A stretch of DNA of 64,000 nucleotides from a virus, in IMG/VR virus record IMGVR_UViG_3300045973_000529, positions 1 through 64,000 of that record. One strand, given 5' to 3'. The notes below the pieces were generated by a model, which did no database searches, had not been told where the DNA came from, and saw only the letters and a program-made list of their open reading frames with translations. This document shows positions 1 to 8,560 of the stretch, piece by piece (position 1 is the stretch's first letter; the number at the start of each line of letters is the position of its first letter). A program made the position numbers and the translations under genes.

Positions 1-13
1 ACTCGAAGCCCAG

Positions 14-217
14 ATGGTTGATGAGCTACATGTGACCATCGTTCACACCACCTCAGGTGCCGACGTGACACTGCCTTTCGAGCTCGCGGCCTGGAAGCTG
101 TTCATCCTGCATCAGCGCAAGCTGGGCGTGGACTGGGAGATGGTTGATCATCTCCGGCCGACGGTGGTGGACCCCTCGCCCGGCATCGACATCATGGTTT
201 TCAGGAAGCTGAAATGA
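14..217 (+). CDS. hypothetical protein (5' end may lie outside the window)
   Basis: 67-aa ORF; its stop overlaps the next ATG (ATGA at 214-217), consistent with operon packing. Confidence 0.55.
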   Translation: MVDELHVTIVHTTSGADVTLPFELAAWKLFILHQRKLGVDWEMVDHLRPTVVDPSPGIDIMVFRKLK

Positions 218-426
218 AAGCACCATCGTTCATGGCACTGATTGCAATCGGCGGTATTGGTGCTTGCGGTGTGATGTTTGCGGCGCGTGGCCTGGCAGTT
301 GGCGCTGATGTGCATCACTACGAAGCCCCCGCTTCGGCGCCAATGCCCGAGTGTCGTGGCGGGTACCTGATGCTCGGGTCCAAGGCCGTTACAGCACTAC
401 AAGACGGTCGGGCCGTTCGTTGTTAG
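214..426 (+). CDS. small hypothetical protein with hydrophobic N-terminus
   Basis: 70-aa ORF, ATGA-coupled to the upstream gene; N-terminal hydrophobic stretch FMALIAIGGIGACGVMFAA. Confidence 0.55.
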   Translation: MKAPSFMALIAIGGIGACGVMFAARGLAVGADVHHYEAPASAPMPECRGGYLMLGSKAVTALQDGRAVRC

Positions 427-434
427 GATGCATC

Positions 435-872
435 ATGATCGACTGGACCAACTTCAAACCAAGGACTTCTGTGAAGAACCCATTCAAGCGCGGCGGCTTC
501 GACACGCTCGTTAGCAAGAACACGACCTTCAACGGTGCAGGTGCGCTGATCATTGGAGCGAACGAGACTTGCATCTTCGACGGGAACTTCGTCGGGATCG
601 GCATTACACAAGAAGGTGATGGATCACCGAACAAGACGACCCTGGTCGTTGGCGGTCACATGCGCGCTGAGACCATCACGGTCTCGAATGTCACCATCAC
701 GGGTCGCATTGATTGTGACGTGATTGTTGTCGAAGGGCAGCTCTCCATCAAGGGCGATGCAACCTTGAAGGCCCGGGAGATTCGCTACCGGGCGCTAACT
801 ATCGAAGATGGTGCTGTCGTTCTGGGCCAGATGAACCATCTCGACTACATCTCTGCTGGTGAGCAGACATGA
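435..872 (+). CDS. bactofilin (polymer-forming cytoskeletal protein, CcmA family)
   Basis: Start moved to ATG 435 (AGGA upstream). Beta-helix pattern DTLVSKNTTFNG...IFDGNFVG.I...TLVVGG...NVTITGRID..I.VEGQLSIKGDATLKAREIRYRALTIEDGAVVLGQM matches the bactofilin consensus. Confidence 0.85.
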   Translation: MIDWTNFKPRTSVKNPFKRGGFDTLVSKNTTFNGAGALIIGANETCIFDGNFVGIGITQEGDGSPNKTTLVVGGHMRAETITVSNVTITGRIDCDVIVVEGQLSIKGDATLKAREIRYRALTIEDGAVVLGQMNHLDYISAGEQT

Positions 873-1051
873 AGCGCAGCACTCTGATAGTTCTCGCAAT
901 CACGCTGCTGGCGATCTATCTGGCCGCTGTTCTGGTCTTTCCCGAAGAGGTGCTCCCCAACACCTCGCAGTATCTCATCGGTACTGCTGGTTCCAAGCCA
1001 CTCGTGTGCTTCCTGCACGGTGGCGCGTTTCAAGCGATGCAATGTCGCTAA
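869..1051 (+). CDS. small membrane/secreted hypothetical protein
   Basis: ATGA overlap with the bactofilin stop; hydrophobic segment LIVLAITLLAIYLAAVLVF. Confidence 0.65.
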   Translation: MKRSTLIVLAITLLAIYLAAVLVFPEEVLPNTSQYLIGTAGSKPLVCFLHGGAFQAMQCR

Positions 1052-1144
1052 CCCCCGGAATGACGTCTCAACCGTTCGAAACTGTCTAGAATAGAACTTG
1101 AGGCCGTTAGGTCTTCAATTCATCTCAGCCCAAATGGAGTCTAC

Positions 1145-3106
1145 ATGTCAAAGTTGAACCAACTCGCGTCAACCTTCGCTGCGAAGTTCGCAGCTCCGGA
1201 GGTGATGAGCCTCGATGCGTACCTCGATCAGTGCAAGACCGATCGCCTCGTCTACGCCAACGCGGCCGAGCGCATGGTCGCCGCGATTGGTGACCCCGAA
1301 GTGGTCGACACCAGCGAAGACAGCCGTCTGTCCCGCATCCACAGCAACAAGAAGATCCGCGTGTACTCCGCGTTCAAGGACTTCTTCGGTGCCGAAGACG
1401 CCGTCGAGCGCCTGGTCGCGTACTTCCGCCATGCCGCAGCCGGCCTGGAAGAGTCCAAGCAGATCCTGTACCTCAAGGGCCCAGTCGGCGGCGGCAAGTC
1501 GTCGATCGTCGAGCGCCTGAAGACGCTGATGGAGAAGCACCCGATCTACGTGCTGTACGACGCGAACGAACCGGATCCGGAACTGCGCACCTCGCCGGTG
1601 TTCGAATCGCCGCTCGGGCTGTTCAACAAGGACGAGCATGGCGAGCTGCTCTCGACCGAGTACAACGTTCCGCTGAGCTACATCGGGAACACGGTCCTCT
1701 CTGGCTGGGCGCTCCTGAAGCTGCAACAGTTCGGCGGTGACATCACCCGCTTCTCGGTGGTCAAGCTCTACCCGAACAAGGACCGCCAGATCGGCGTGAT
1801 GAAGGTCGAGCCGGGCGACGAGAACAACCAGGACGTTTCGGTCCTCATCGGCAAGACCGATCTGCGCAAGCTCGAGAAGTTCCCGCAGAACCACCCGTTC
1901 GCGTACGCCTACAGCGGCGGTCTGAACCGCACGAACCAAGGCATGATGGACTTCGCCGAAATGTTCAAGGCGAACATCAAGACGCTGAACCCGCTGCTGA
2001 TGGCCACGCAGGAACACAACTACAACGGCACCGAAGCCATTCCGGCGATGCCTTACACCGGCATCATCTGCGCACACAGCAACGAGTCCGAGTGGTTCGC
2101 GTTCAAGAACAACAAGACGAACGAAGCCTTTCTGGACCGTGTGTTCATCGTCGACGTTCCGTACTGCCTGCGCACCGACGAAGAAGTCAAGATCTACGAG
2201 AAGATGCTGAACGGCTCAGCTCTGCGCGACGCCTCCATCGCCCCTGGCACCCTCAAGATGCTGGCCCAGTGGATCGTGCTGACTCGCCTGAAGGAGCCCG
2301 AGAACTCGACGATCTACGCCAAGATGCGCGTCTACAACGGCGAGAACGTCAAGGACACGATGCCGAACGCGAAGCCGTACGAAGAGTACCGCGATCTGGC
2401 CGGCGTGAACGAAGGCATGAGCGGCATGTCAACTCGCTTCGCCTTCAAGGTCATCAGCTCGGTCTTCGATCTGCGCCCTGAAGAACGTGCTGCGAATCCG
2501 GTGGACCTGATGTTCGTCATCGAGGAAGCCATCAAGAAGGAAGCCCTGCCCGATGAGCTGCACAAGAAGTACCTGGCCTTCATCAAGGAATGGCTGAGCA
2601 AGCGGTACTTCGAGTTCCTCGAGAAGGAACTGCGCGCCGCGTACCTCGACTCGTTCAGCGCCTTCGGCCAGAACATGTTCGAACGCTACGTGCTGTTCGC
2701 CGAAGCGTGGATCAGCGACGAACAGTGCCGTGATCCGGAGACTCACGTGCTCCTGAACCGTGACGCGCTGAACGCACGCCTCGAAGAGATCGAGAAGCCG
2801 GCCGGCATCGTCGGTGCCAAGGACTTCCGGAACGAGATCGTGAACTACGTGCTGCGCTACAAGGCCAAGCACGAAGGCCACGCCCCGCGTTGGAACGAGT
2901 ACGAGAAGATCAAGGTCGTGCTCGAGAAGCGCATGTTCTCCGCCACCGAGAACATCATGCCCGTAGTCAGCTTCGGCGCCAAGCAGGACAAGGAAACGGC
3001 TGAGAAGCACGACCAGTTCCTCAAGCGCATGATGGAGAACGGCTACACCGAGAACCAGGTCAAGATCCTGGTGAGCTGGTGGTCTGCCAACAAGAAGGCG
3101 AGCTGA
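1145..3106 (+). CDS. prkA: PrkA/YeaG family AAA+ ATPase / Ser kinase
   Basis: Walker A LKGPVGGGKSS; family motifs MSLDAYLD, GLEESKQILYL, YSGGLNRTNQG, AHSNESEW, EGMSGMSTRF; GGAG RBS. Confidence 0.95.
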   Translation: MSKLNQLASTFAAKFAAPEVMSLDAYLDQCKTDRLVYANAAERMVAAIGDPEVVDTSEDSRLSRIHSNKKIRVYSAFKDFFGAEDAVERLVAYFRHAAAGLEESKQILYLKGPVGGGKSSIVERLKTLMEKHPIYVLYDANEPDPELRTSPVFESPLGLFNKDEHGELLSTEYNVPLSYIGNTVLSGWALLKLQQFGGDITRFSVVKLYPNKDRQIGVMKVEPGDENNQDVSVLIGKTDLRKLEKFPQNHPFAYAYSGGLNRTNQGMMDFAEMFKANIKTLNPLLMATQEHNYNGTEAIPAMPYTGIICAHSNESEWFAFKNNKTNEAFLDRVFIVDVPYCLRTDEEVKIYEKMLNGSALRDASIAPGTLKMLAQWIVLTRLKEPENSTIYAKMRVYNGENVKDTMPNAKPYEEYRDLAGVNEGMSGMSTRFAFKVISSVFDLRPEERAANPVDLMFVIEEAIKKEALPDELHKKYLAFIKEWLSKRYFEFLEKELRAAYLDSFSAFGQNMFERYVLFAEAWISDEQCRDPETHVLLNRDALNARLEEIEKPAGIVGAKDFRNEIVNYVLRYKAKHEGHAPRWNEYEKIKVVLEKRMFSATENIMPVVSFGAKQDKETAEKHDQFLKRMMENGYTENQVKILVSWWSANKKAS

Positions 3107-3108
3107 TC

Positions 3109-3309
3109 ATGCAAGCGGTCATCAAGTTGATGGGCCGCTTCAATGAGTGGTACGACTCTCTCAAGGAGCCGTACCGCTTCTTGTTTTGCATGGTCGTTCT
3201 CATGGGCTGGATCTTCCCGATCCAGAGCACCAACGAAGTTCTGTGTGACATTGGCGTGACGTGGATGCTCACCACCTGTGCCCTTGCAACATCACGCGTC
3301 TGGAGGTAA
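3109..3309 (+). CDS. small two-TM membrane protein
   Basis: Start moved to ATG 3109; two hydrophobic segments; fills the gap between prkA and yeaH. Confidence 0.6.
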   Translation: MQAVIKLMGRFNEWYDSLKEPYRFLFCMVVLMGWIFPIQSTNEVLCDIGVTWMLTTCALATSRVWR

Positions 3310-3312
3310 GGA

Positions 3313-4653
3313 ATGGCCGAAAAGCTCCCAACAACGTCGTACATCTTCGTGGACCGTCGCAAGACGGGACACGGGAAGTCGCTCCCCAATCGTCAGCGTC
3401 TGCTGCGTCGCATCAAGGACGCCATCTCGGCCGCCAAGCCCAAGGACATCGACTCTGGTGGTGTCAAGAACATGACGGGTGGTGGCAATCAGTCCATCAA
3501 TCCGGTGAAGGTCGCCAAGCACAGTCTGCATGAACCAACGCTGCACTACGCGCGCAGCACCGGCAAACACGACATCGTGCTGATCGGAAATGATGAGTGG
3601 GAGCGCGGTGACGAGTTCCCGCTCGATGGTGGCGATGGTGAAGGCAGTGGCAATGGTGCTGGCCACGGCAACGAAGATGGCGAAGATGACTTCGTCGTGA
3701 ACGTCAGCCGCGACGAATACCTTCGAGTGTTCTTCGAGGACTGCGAGCTGCCTGACCTGCAGGAAACGCACGAGAAGGACCTGCCCGAGCTGATCCCCAA
3801 GCACGCTGGCTTCCAGAAGTTCGGCAACCCTGGTCAGCTGTCTGTGAAGCGGTCATTCAAGAACTCGCTCGGCCGTCGTCTGGCCTTGACGCGTAGCGCT
3901 CGTGATGAGCTCGAAGAGCTCGAAGAAGAGTACAAGCAGCTGCTGCTCGGCTTCACCGATGCGCCAGACATCCATGCTCGCATGTCGTTCGTCGAGACCC
4001 GCATGCAAGAGCTGCGTGACAAGATCAGCCGCACGCCGTACTTCGAGGAGATGGACCTTCGGTACACGAAGAAGGACCACGTGCTACAGAAGTCAGCCGA
4101 TGCGGTGTTCATCATGATCATGGACGTGTCGGGCTCGATGGACGAAGACAAGAAGCGGATGGCTCGCAAGTTCTTCTCACTGCAGTACGCGTTCATTCAC
4201 AGCAAGTACCCGCAGACGGACCTCGTGTTCATCGCCCACACCGAGGCAGCCGAAGAGCTGACTGAGGAAGAGTTCTTCACGACACGCAAGAGCGGCGGCA
4301 CGATGGTGTCCCCGGCTTACGCGCTTGCGCACAAGATCGTCAAGGAACGGTACGACGCGAATGACACCAATCTGTACCTGTCGCAAGCCAGTGATGGCGA
4401 CAACTGGGACAACGACAATGGTGCGTGCATCACTGAGCTCGAAGAGTCGGGCCTGATCACGAAGCTACGGCACATGAGCTACGCTCAAGTCGGCCAGAGT
4501 TTTGCCAGTGGGTACTCGTCAGTGACCCTCTGGACCGTGATCGAGTCGATGAAGAACACCACCAAGAAGATCTCGATGGTGAAGATCAATGACGACACGG
4601 AAGTGTTCGAGGCCTTCCACAAGATCTACAAGAAAGGCAAGACGAAGAAGTGA
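3313..4653 (+). CDS. yeaH: YeaH/YhbH (DUF444) VWA-domain protein
   Basis: FVDRR..G.GKSLPNRQR N-terminus, MIDAS-like MDVSGSM, SQASDGDNW; sits between prkA and spoVR. Confidence 0.93.
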   Translation: MAEKLPTTSYIFVDRRKTGHGKSLPNRQRLLRRIKDAISAAKPKDIDSGGVKNMTGGGNQSINPVKVAKHSLHEPTLHYARSTGKHDIVLIGNDEWERGDEFPLDGGDGEGSGNGAGHGNEDGEDDFVVNVSRDEYLRVFFEDCELPDLQETHEKDLPELIPKHAGFQKFGNPGQLSVKRSFKNSLGRRLALTRSARDELEELEEEYKQLLLGFTDAPDIHARMSFVETRMQELRDKISRTPYFEEMDLRYTKKDHVLQKSADAVFIMIMDVSGSMDEDKKRMARKFFSLQYAFIHSKYPQTDLVFIAHTEAAEELTEEEFFTTRKSGGTMVSPAYALAHKIVKERYDANDTNLYLSQASDGDNWDNDNGACITELEESGLITKLRHMSYAQVGQSFASGYSSVTLWTVIESMKNTTKKISMVKINDDTEVFEAFHKIYKKGKTKK

Positions 4654-4720
4654 TCCCAAGGCGGCGTAGACCGCCAGTCACTCGTTCGTTATGATGCACT
4701 ATCTCCTCAAGGAACATCAC

Positions 4721-6280
4721 ATGTCTGACAAGCCGCTGATCGTCGACTCTCGTACCGACTGGACCCCTGAACTGCTGCAACGAGCGTGGGTCGAGATCGA
4801 GAAGATCGCCGTCGAGGAACTCGAGCTCCGTCCCGGCATCGAGCTGTACACGAATCAGTTCGAGATCGTCAGCGCCGAGCAGATGCTCGATGCGTACTCG
4901 TCCATCGGTCTGCCAGTGCACTACAACCACTGGTCGTTCGGCAAGGACTTCATGCAGCAGTCCAAGCAGTACGAGAAGGGCCGTATGGGTCTGGCATACG
5001 AGATGGTCATCAACTCCAATCCGTGCGTCAATCTCCTGATGGAAGAGAACCTCGCGTACATGCAGGTCATGGTGATGGCGCATGCCGGTGTTGGTCACAA
5101 TGCCGTGTTCGCGAACAACGTGTACTTCAAGGAGTGGACACAAGCCGGCTCGATCATCGACTACATGATGTTCGCTCGCGACTACATTCAGCGCTGCGAA
5201 GAAACGTACGGCCCTCGTGAAGTCGAGCAGGTCCTGGATGCCGCGCACTCGTTGGCCAGCCATGGCATCGACAAGTTCAAGCGCAAGCATCGCCCGAAGC
5301 TCTCCGAAGAGCAGCGCCTGAAGAAGCTCATGGCCGAAGATGAGCGCCGCCAGCGCGAGCTCGACATCATCATGAAGCGGACAACCATCGTCGATGCTGA
5401 CGAGAAGGCCTTGTCACTGGACGAAGAGGACTTCATGGAGGAGGATGAAGAGAACCTCCTGTACTACATCATGAAGAAGAGCCCCAATCTCGAGCGTTGG
5501 AAGCGCGAGATTCTGCGCATCGTGTACAAGGTGAACCAGTACTTCTCGCCCCAAGGGCTGACGAAGACGTTGAACGAAGGCATGGCCTCGTTCTGTCACC
5601 TGTACATCATGGAGCGACTCGAGGACAAGGGCATCATCACCAGCGACGCGTACATGGCATTCTTGGCCAGCCATTCGGGCGTGATCTACCAGCCGACGTA
5701 CAAGAGCAAGCACTACAGCGGCCCGAACCCGTACGCCCTCGGCCTGGCGATTCTGCAGGATGTGCGTCGGATCTGTGAAGGCGGGCACTTCGAACACAAG
5801 TCCAAGGGCAGCAAGTGGATCCCAATCACCGAAGAAGATCGCCGCTGGTTTCCTGAACTGATCGGCCGCCGTTGGCAGGACGTGATCAAGGAAGCCTGCT
5901 TCGAGCATCGTGATGACTCGTTCATCATGCAGTACTTGTCACCGAAGGTGATCCGCGATCTGAAGCTCTTCACGGTCTCGATCGAGTACGGCGATGGCGA
6001 CACGTCAGGCATGCACAATCCGATTGCGGCGACTGCCATCGTGTCGGAGATCCATGACGACATCGGGTACAAGGCGATTCGCAATGCTCTGGCTCGATCG
6101 AAGGAACGTGTGAACTACGTGCCGCAGATCAGCGTCAAGGGTGCCGATCTTGAAGGTGACCGGACGCTGTACCTCGAGTACACGCCGTACATGGACCGTG
6201 AGCTCGACGAAGACGATGCTGCTGAAGTGCTGTCGTACCTGGATACGCTGTGGGGGTACAAGGTCCAGCTCAGCGCGTGA
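4721..6280 (+). CDS. spoVR: SpoVR/YcgB family protein
   Basis: Start moved to ATG 4721 (AAGGA RBS). Motifs YSSIGLP..Y.HWSFGK, GLAYEMVINSNP, AHAGVGHN, TK.LNEG.AS, NPY.LG, DDSFI.QYLS. Confidence 0.95.
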   Translation: MSDKPLIVDSRTDWTPELLQRAWVEIEKIAVEELELRPGIELYTNQFEIVSAEQMLDAYSSIGLPVHYNHWSFGKDFMQQSKQYEKGRMGLAYEMVINSNPCVNLLMEENLAYMQVMVMAHAGVGHNAVFANNVYFKEWTQAGSIIDYMMFARDYIQRCEETYGPREVEQVLDAAHSLASHGIDKFKRKHRPKLSEEQRLKKLMAEDERRQRELDIIMKRTTIVDADEKALSLDEEDFMEEDEENLLYYIMKKSPNLERWKREILRIVYKVNQYFSPQGLTKTLNEGMASFCHLYIMERLEDKGIITSDAYMAFLASHSGVIYQPTYKSKHYSGPNPYALGLAILQDVRRICEGGHFEHKSKGSKWIPITEEDRRWFPELIGRRWQDVIKEACFEHRDDSFIMQYLSPKVIRDLKLFTVSIEYGDGDTSGMHNPIAATAIVSEIHDDIGYKAIRNALARSKERVNYVPQISVKGADLEGDRTLYLEYTPYMDRELDEDDAAEVLSYLDTLWGYKVQLSA

Positions 6281-6327
6281 ACCCGAGCTGCCGGTACGTG
6301 GTACGATGCAATCAACTGGAGAATGAC

Positions 6328-6474
6328 ATGAATCGAGTTGGTCTGACGTTGGCATTCATCACGCACTGGCAGCGACGAAATGAGCCTGATCGTCGTCGTT
6401 TCCTGAAGAATTCCATTCTTCCAGCGCTGAAGCGTTACACTTCTTCAGTGTACAACGCTCGGGTTCCGAGCTAA
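6328..6474 (+). CDS. small hypothetical protein
   Basis: GGAG RBS before ATG 6328; 48 aa, basic. Confidence 0.4.
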   Translation: MNRVGLTLAFITHWQRRNEPDRRRFLKNSILPALKRYTSSVYNARVPS

Positions 6475-6504
6475 GATGGACACATCATCAACCTGGAGCC
6501 CAGC

Positions 6505-6816
6505 ATGTCAGCCCCCTCACCCTTCGACACCGTGGACCTCTCCTACCTCGCCACCCTGACCCCTGAGGCCTTCGAAGCTGAACGGAACCGCCTGATCGCG
6601 AACGCGCTGATCGCCACGCCGGCTCCGCACCGAGCCGCATGCATCAAGCTCCAGCAAGAACTGACCGAGCACCGCGGCACGCATTCACCGACCGAGCACA
6701 TGGCCTTCATCGGCGCCAAGCTCACCGAGAACCTCGAGAACCTCAGTGACGCCGTGATGCGACTTGGCCATGCCGTCGGCGTCGTGCCGACCGTCAAGCC
6801 CTACGCCGATCGCTGA
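6505..6816 (+). CDS. hypothetical helical protein, possibly DUF3135-like
   Basis: GGAG RBS; LATLTPEAFEAERNRLIANAL..TP resembles the DUF3135 pattern (from memory). Confidence 0.55.
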   Translation: MSAPSPFDTVDLSYLATLTPEAFEAERNRLIANALIATPAPHRAACIKLQQELTEHRGTHSPTEHMAFIGAKLTENLENLSDAVMRLGHAVGVVPTVKPYADR

Positions 6817-6838
6817 ACCTTTCCGCTGTCAACGCCTT

Positions 6839-6865
6839 CCTCATGGGACCTTCGGGTCCCTGAGG
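6839..6865. terminator. hairpin with C(UUCG)G tetraloop between convergent transcription units
   Basis: CCTCA-T-GGGACC TTCG GGTCCC-TGAGG; 11 bp with one bulge; no clear U-tract. Confidence 0.65.
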
Positions 6866-6984
6866 TCGTTTCCGGGACCGTGAAATCGGTGGTGCCCGAA
6901 GACACCCCCGACGGAGACATGAGGAACCTATCACCAAAGTTCCTCGAGGGTCTCCGTCGTCGCCTCGGTGGTCAGAGGGAGTGC

Positions 6985-8223
6985 TTAAATGCTGATGTCT
7001 GCGAACGTACACGCCGATGTTGTCGTGCTGGAGACTGCATCGGTCACGAACCTCAACTTGGCTGCGTCGATTGGCTGCCACGGACCCATGATGGTGTCGA
7101 CCACTGCGTTGGTGGTGAGGTTCGTCATCCGGAACACCGCATTGGCACCTGACTGGAACACTGTTCCTTGGTACCATACACTGGTCGAAAGCACAGCAGT
7201 ACCAACACTCGCAGAAGAGGTACTACCGCTTGGACCCTGCCAGAACACCATTGGGCGCCGCGCAGAATCATAGAACCCCTCACGAGCCGGTGTCATTGCA
7301 AGGCGATAGTTGCTATACTGGTCCGTCACATAGAAGAAACACGCATCATCAGTGCCGAGTGAATCAAGCCGGAACTTGAAGTTGATAGTGCTTGCGCGGG
7401 TGGTCGTAAACGTACGTTCGATGCTGTTCACTGACGCGACACTTGAGGTGACCAGAGTGCTGCCATACGGGGAAGTGCCAATGAAGAATGGTGGTGCCAA
7501 CGATCCTGACTGCAGAGTGTATGCACCCAATCCAGAGCTGAAGTTCTCAGTGATTGTGGTTGTGGTGGTTGGGACGAATAGGATGTCAGATACAAGCAAT
7601 GTGGTAGTATCCCCGCCAACTGCACCGACAACAACGGTGCATCGCACCTTAAGTGAGCTCGGAACAACACTCGCAAGCGACTCCGTAAGCAATGTTGGTG
7701 TTGTGACATTGGTGTTATTGAAGAATGCCCAGGATGCTCCTCCATTGGTCGAGTACTCGATGAGGATTTCTCCGCTACTGCCACCGCCAATGTCAGTCTC
7801 AATGATGCTCATGCTAGCTCGTACTGTGAGCAAGCCGGAAACCGCTGTACCACCCGAGAACGAGTATGTGATGGTCGCTGTATCGGCGCTGTTTACACCG
7901 TCGAGGAACATTGTCATCCAGGTGCTGGTGTCAAGTGTCGTGGTGGCGGTATCGTACGCGCTAGCTGGAGATGCCGTGACACCAAGATTCATGACATGCG
8001 AAGTTGGACGGAGGAACGTGGAAGAAGTCTCTGTCAGCGTCCGGAACATCCCCATGCGGATGGTGCCAGAAGTGCTGATGGCGACTCCATCGGTTGCGGA
8101 GGTTGCCTGACCACTTGGGACGTTTGCACCGCCTCTGTAGTACTCGCTCAGAGAGATTGGATTCGTGCCACCGAACTCCGTCTGGATGGAGGACAGCGTG
8201 ATGTTGGTTGTTGGGGTCGTCAT
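6985..8223 (-). CDS. tail-fibre-associated protein with C-terminal beta-sandwich (lectin-like) domain
   Basis: N-terminal ITLSSIQTEFGGTNPISLSEYYRGG motif shared with 25828..28539; Thr/Ser/Gly-rich; last gene of the fibre block. Confidence 0.7.
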   Translation of the reverse strand: MTTPTTNITLSSIQTEFGGTNPISLSEYYRGGANVPSGQATSATDGVAISTSGTIRMGMFRTLTETSSTFLRPTSHVMNLGVTASPASAYDTATTTLDTSTWMTMFLDGVNSADTATITYSFSGGTAVSGLLTVRASMSIIETDIGGGSSGEILIEYSTNGGASWAFFNNTNVTTPTLLTESLASVVPSSLKVRCTVVVGAVGGDTTTLLVSDILFVPTTTTTITENFSSGLGAYTLQSGSLAPPFFIGTSPYGSTLVTSSVASVNSIERTFTTTRASTINFKFRLDSLGTDDACFFYVTDQYSNYRLAMTPAREGFYDSARRPMVFWQGPSGSTSSASVGTAVLSTSVWYQGTVFQSGANAVFRMTNLTTNAVVDTIMGPWQPIDAAKLRFVTDAVSSTTTSACTFADISI

Positions 8224-8227
8224 TGGA

Positions 8228-8560
8228 TCAGTCCTTCAGCAGGGCAAGCGCTTCGTTTTGTGAAAGGGCTGCACCATACCTTGTCGCCAGGTATGAGGCG
8301 AAGAGCGCCTCCTTGCCAGGTGAGTACTTCAGTTGCTCGCGATAGGCTTCAACTTCGTATTTCACGCGTGCCTTGGCACTCAACCAGTAAGGAATTGCGA
8401 ACAACCCACAGGTCCGCCAGAACTGCTTGACGTGCACTTTCTCGTGCTCAAGCAGACCGACGTCACCCTTCTTCTCCGGGCGAATGAAGATGAATGGACC
8501 GTAAGTTTCAGCCGCGAACCGATCCGCGATGAACTTGTTGGTATAGAAGACGTGGTACAT
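8228..8560 (-). CDS. small zincin-like metallopeptidase
   Basis: HEKVH plus downstream EVEAY; TGATG coupling to the upstream fibre gene. Confidence 0.6.
   Translation of the reverse strand: MYHVFYTNKFIADRFAAETYGPFIFIRPEKKGDVGLLEHEKVHVKQFWRTCGLFAIPYWLSAKARVKYEVEAYREQLKYSPGKEALFASYLATRYGAALSQNEALALLKD

Noticed and set aside
6866-6920. Resemblance of ACCGTGAAATCGGT...ACACCCCCG to a cobalamin riboswitch
   Set aside because: The conserved AGGGAA and B12-box elements are missing and the site is downstream of genes, not in a leader
6880-7152. 90-aa + strand ORF in the track
   Set aside because: Overlaps the fibre gene end and the hairpin cluster; no RBS or protein-like features
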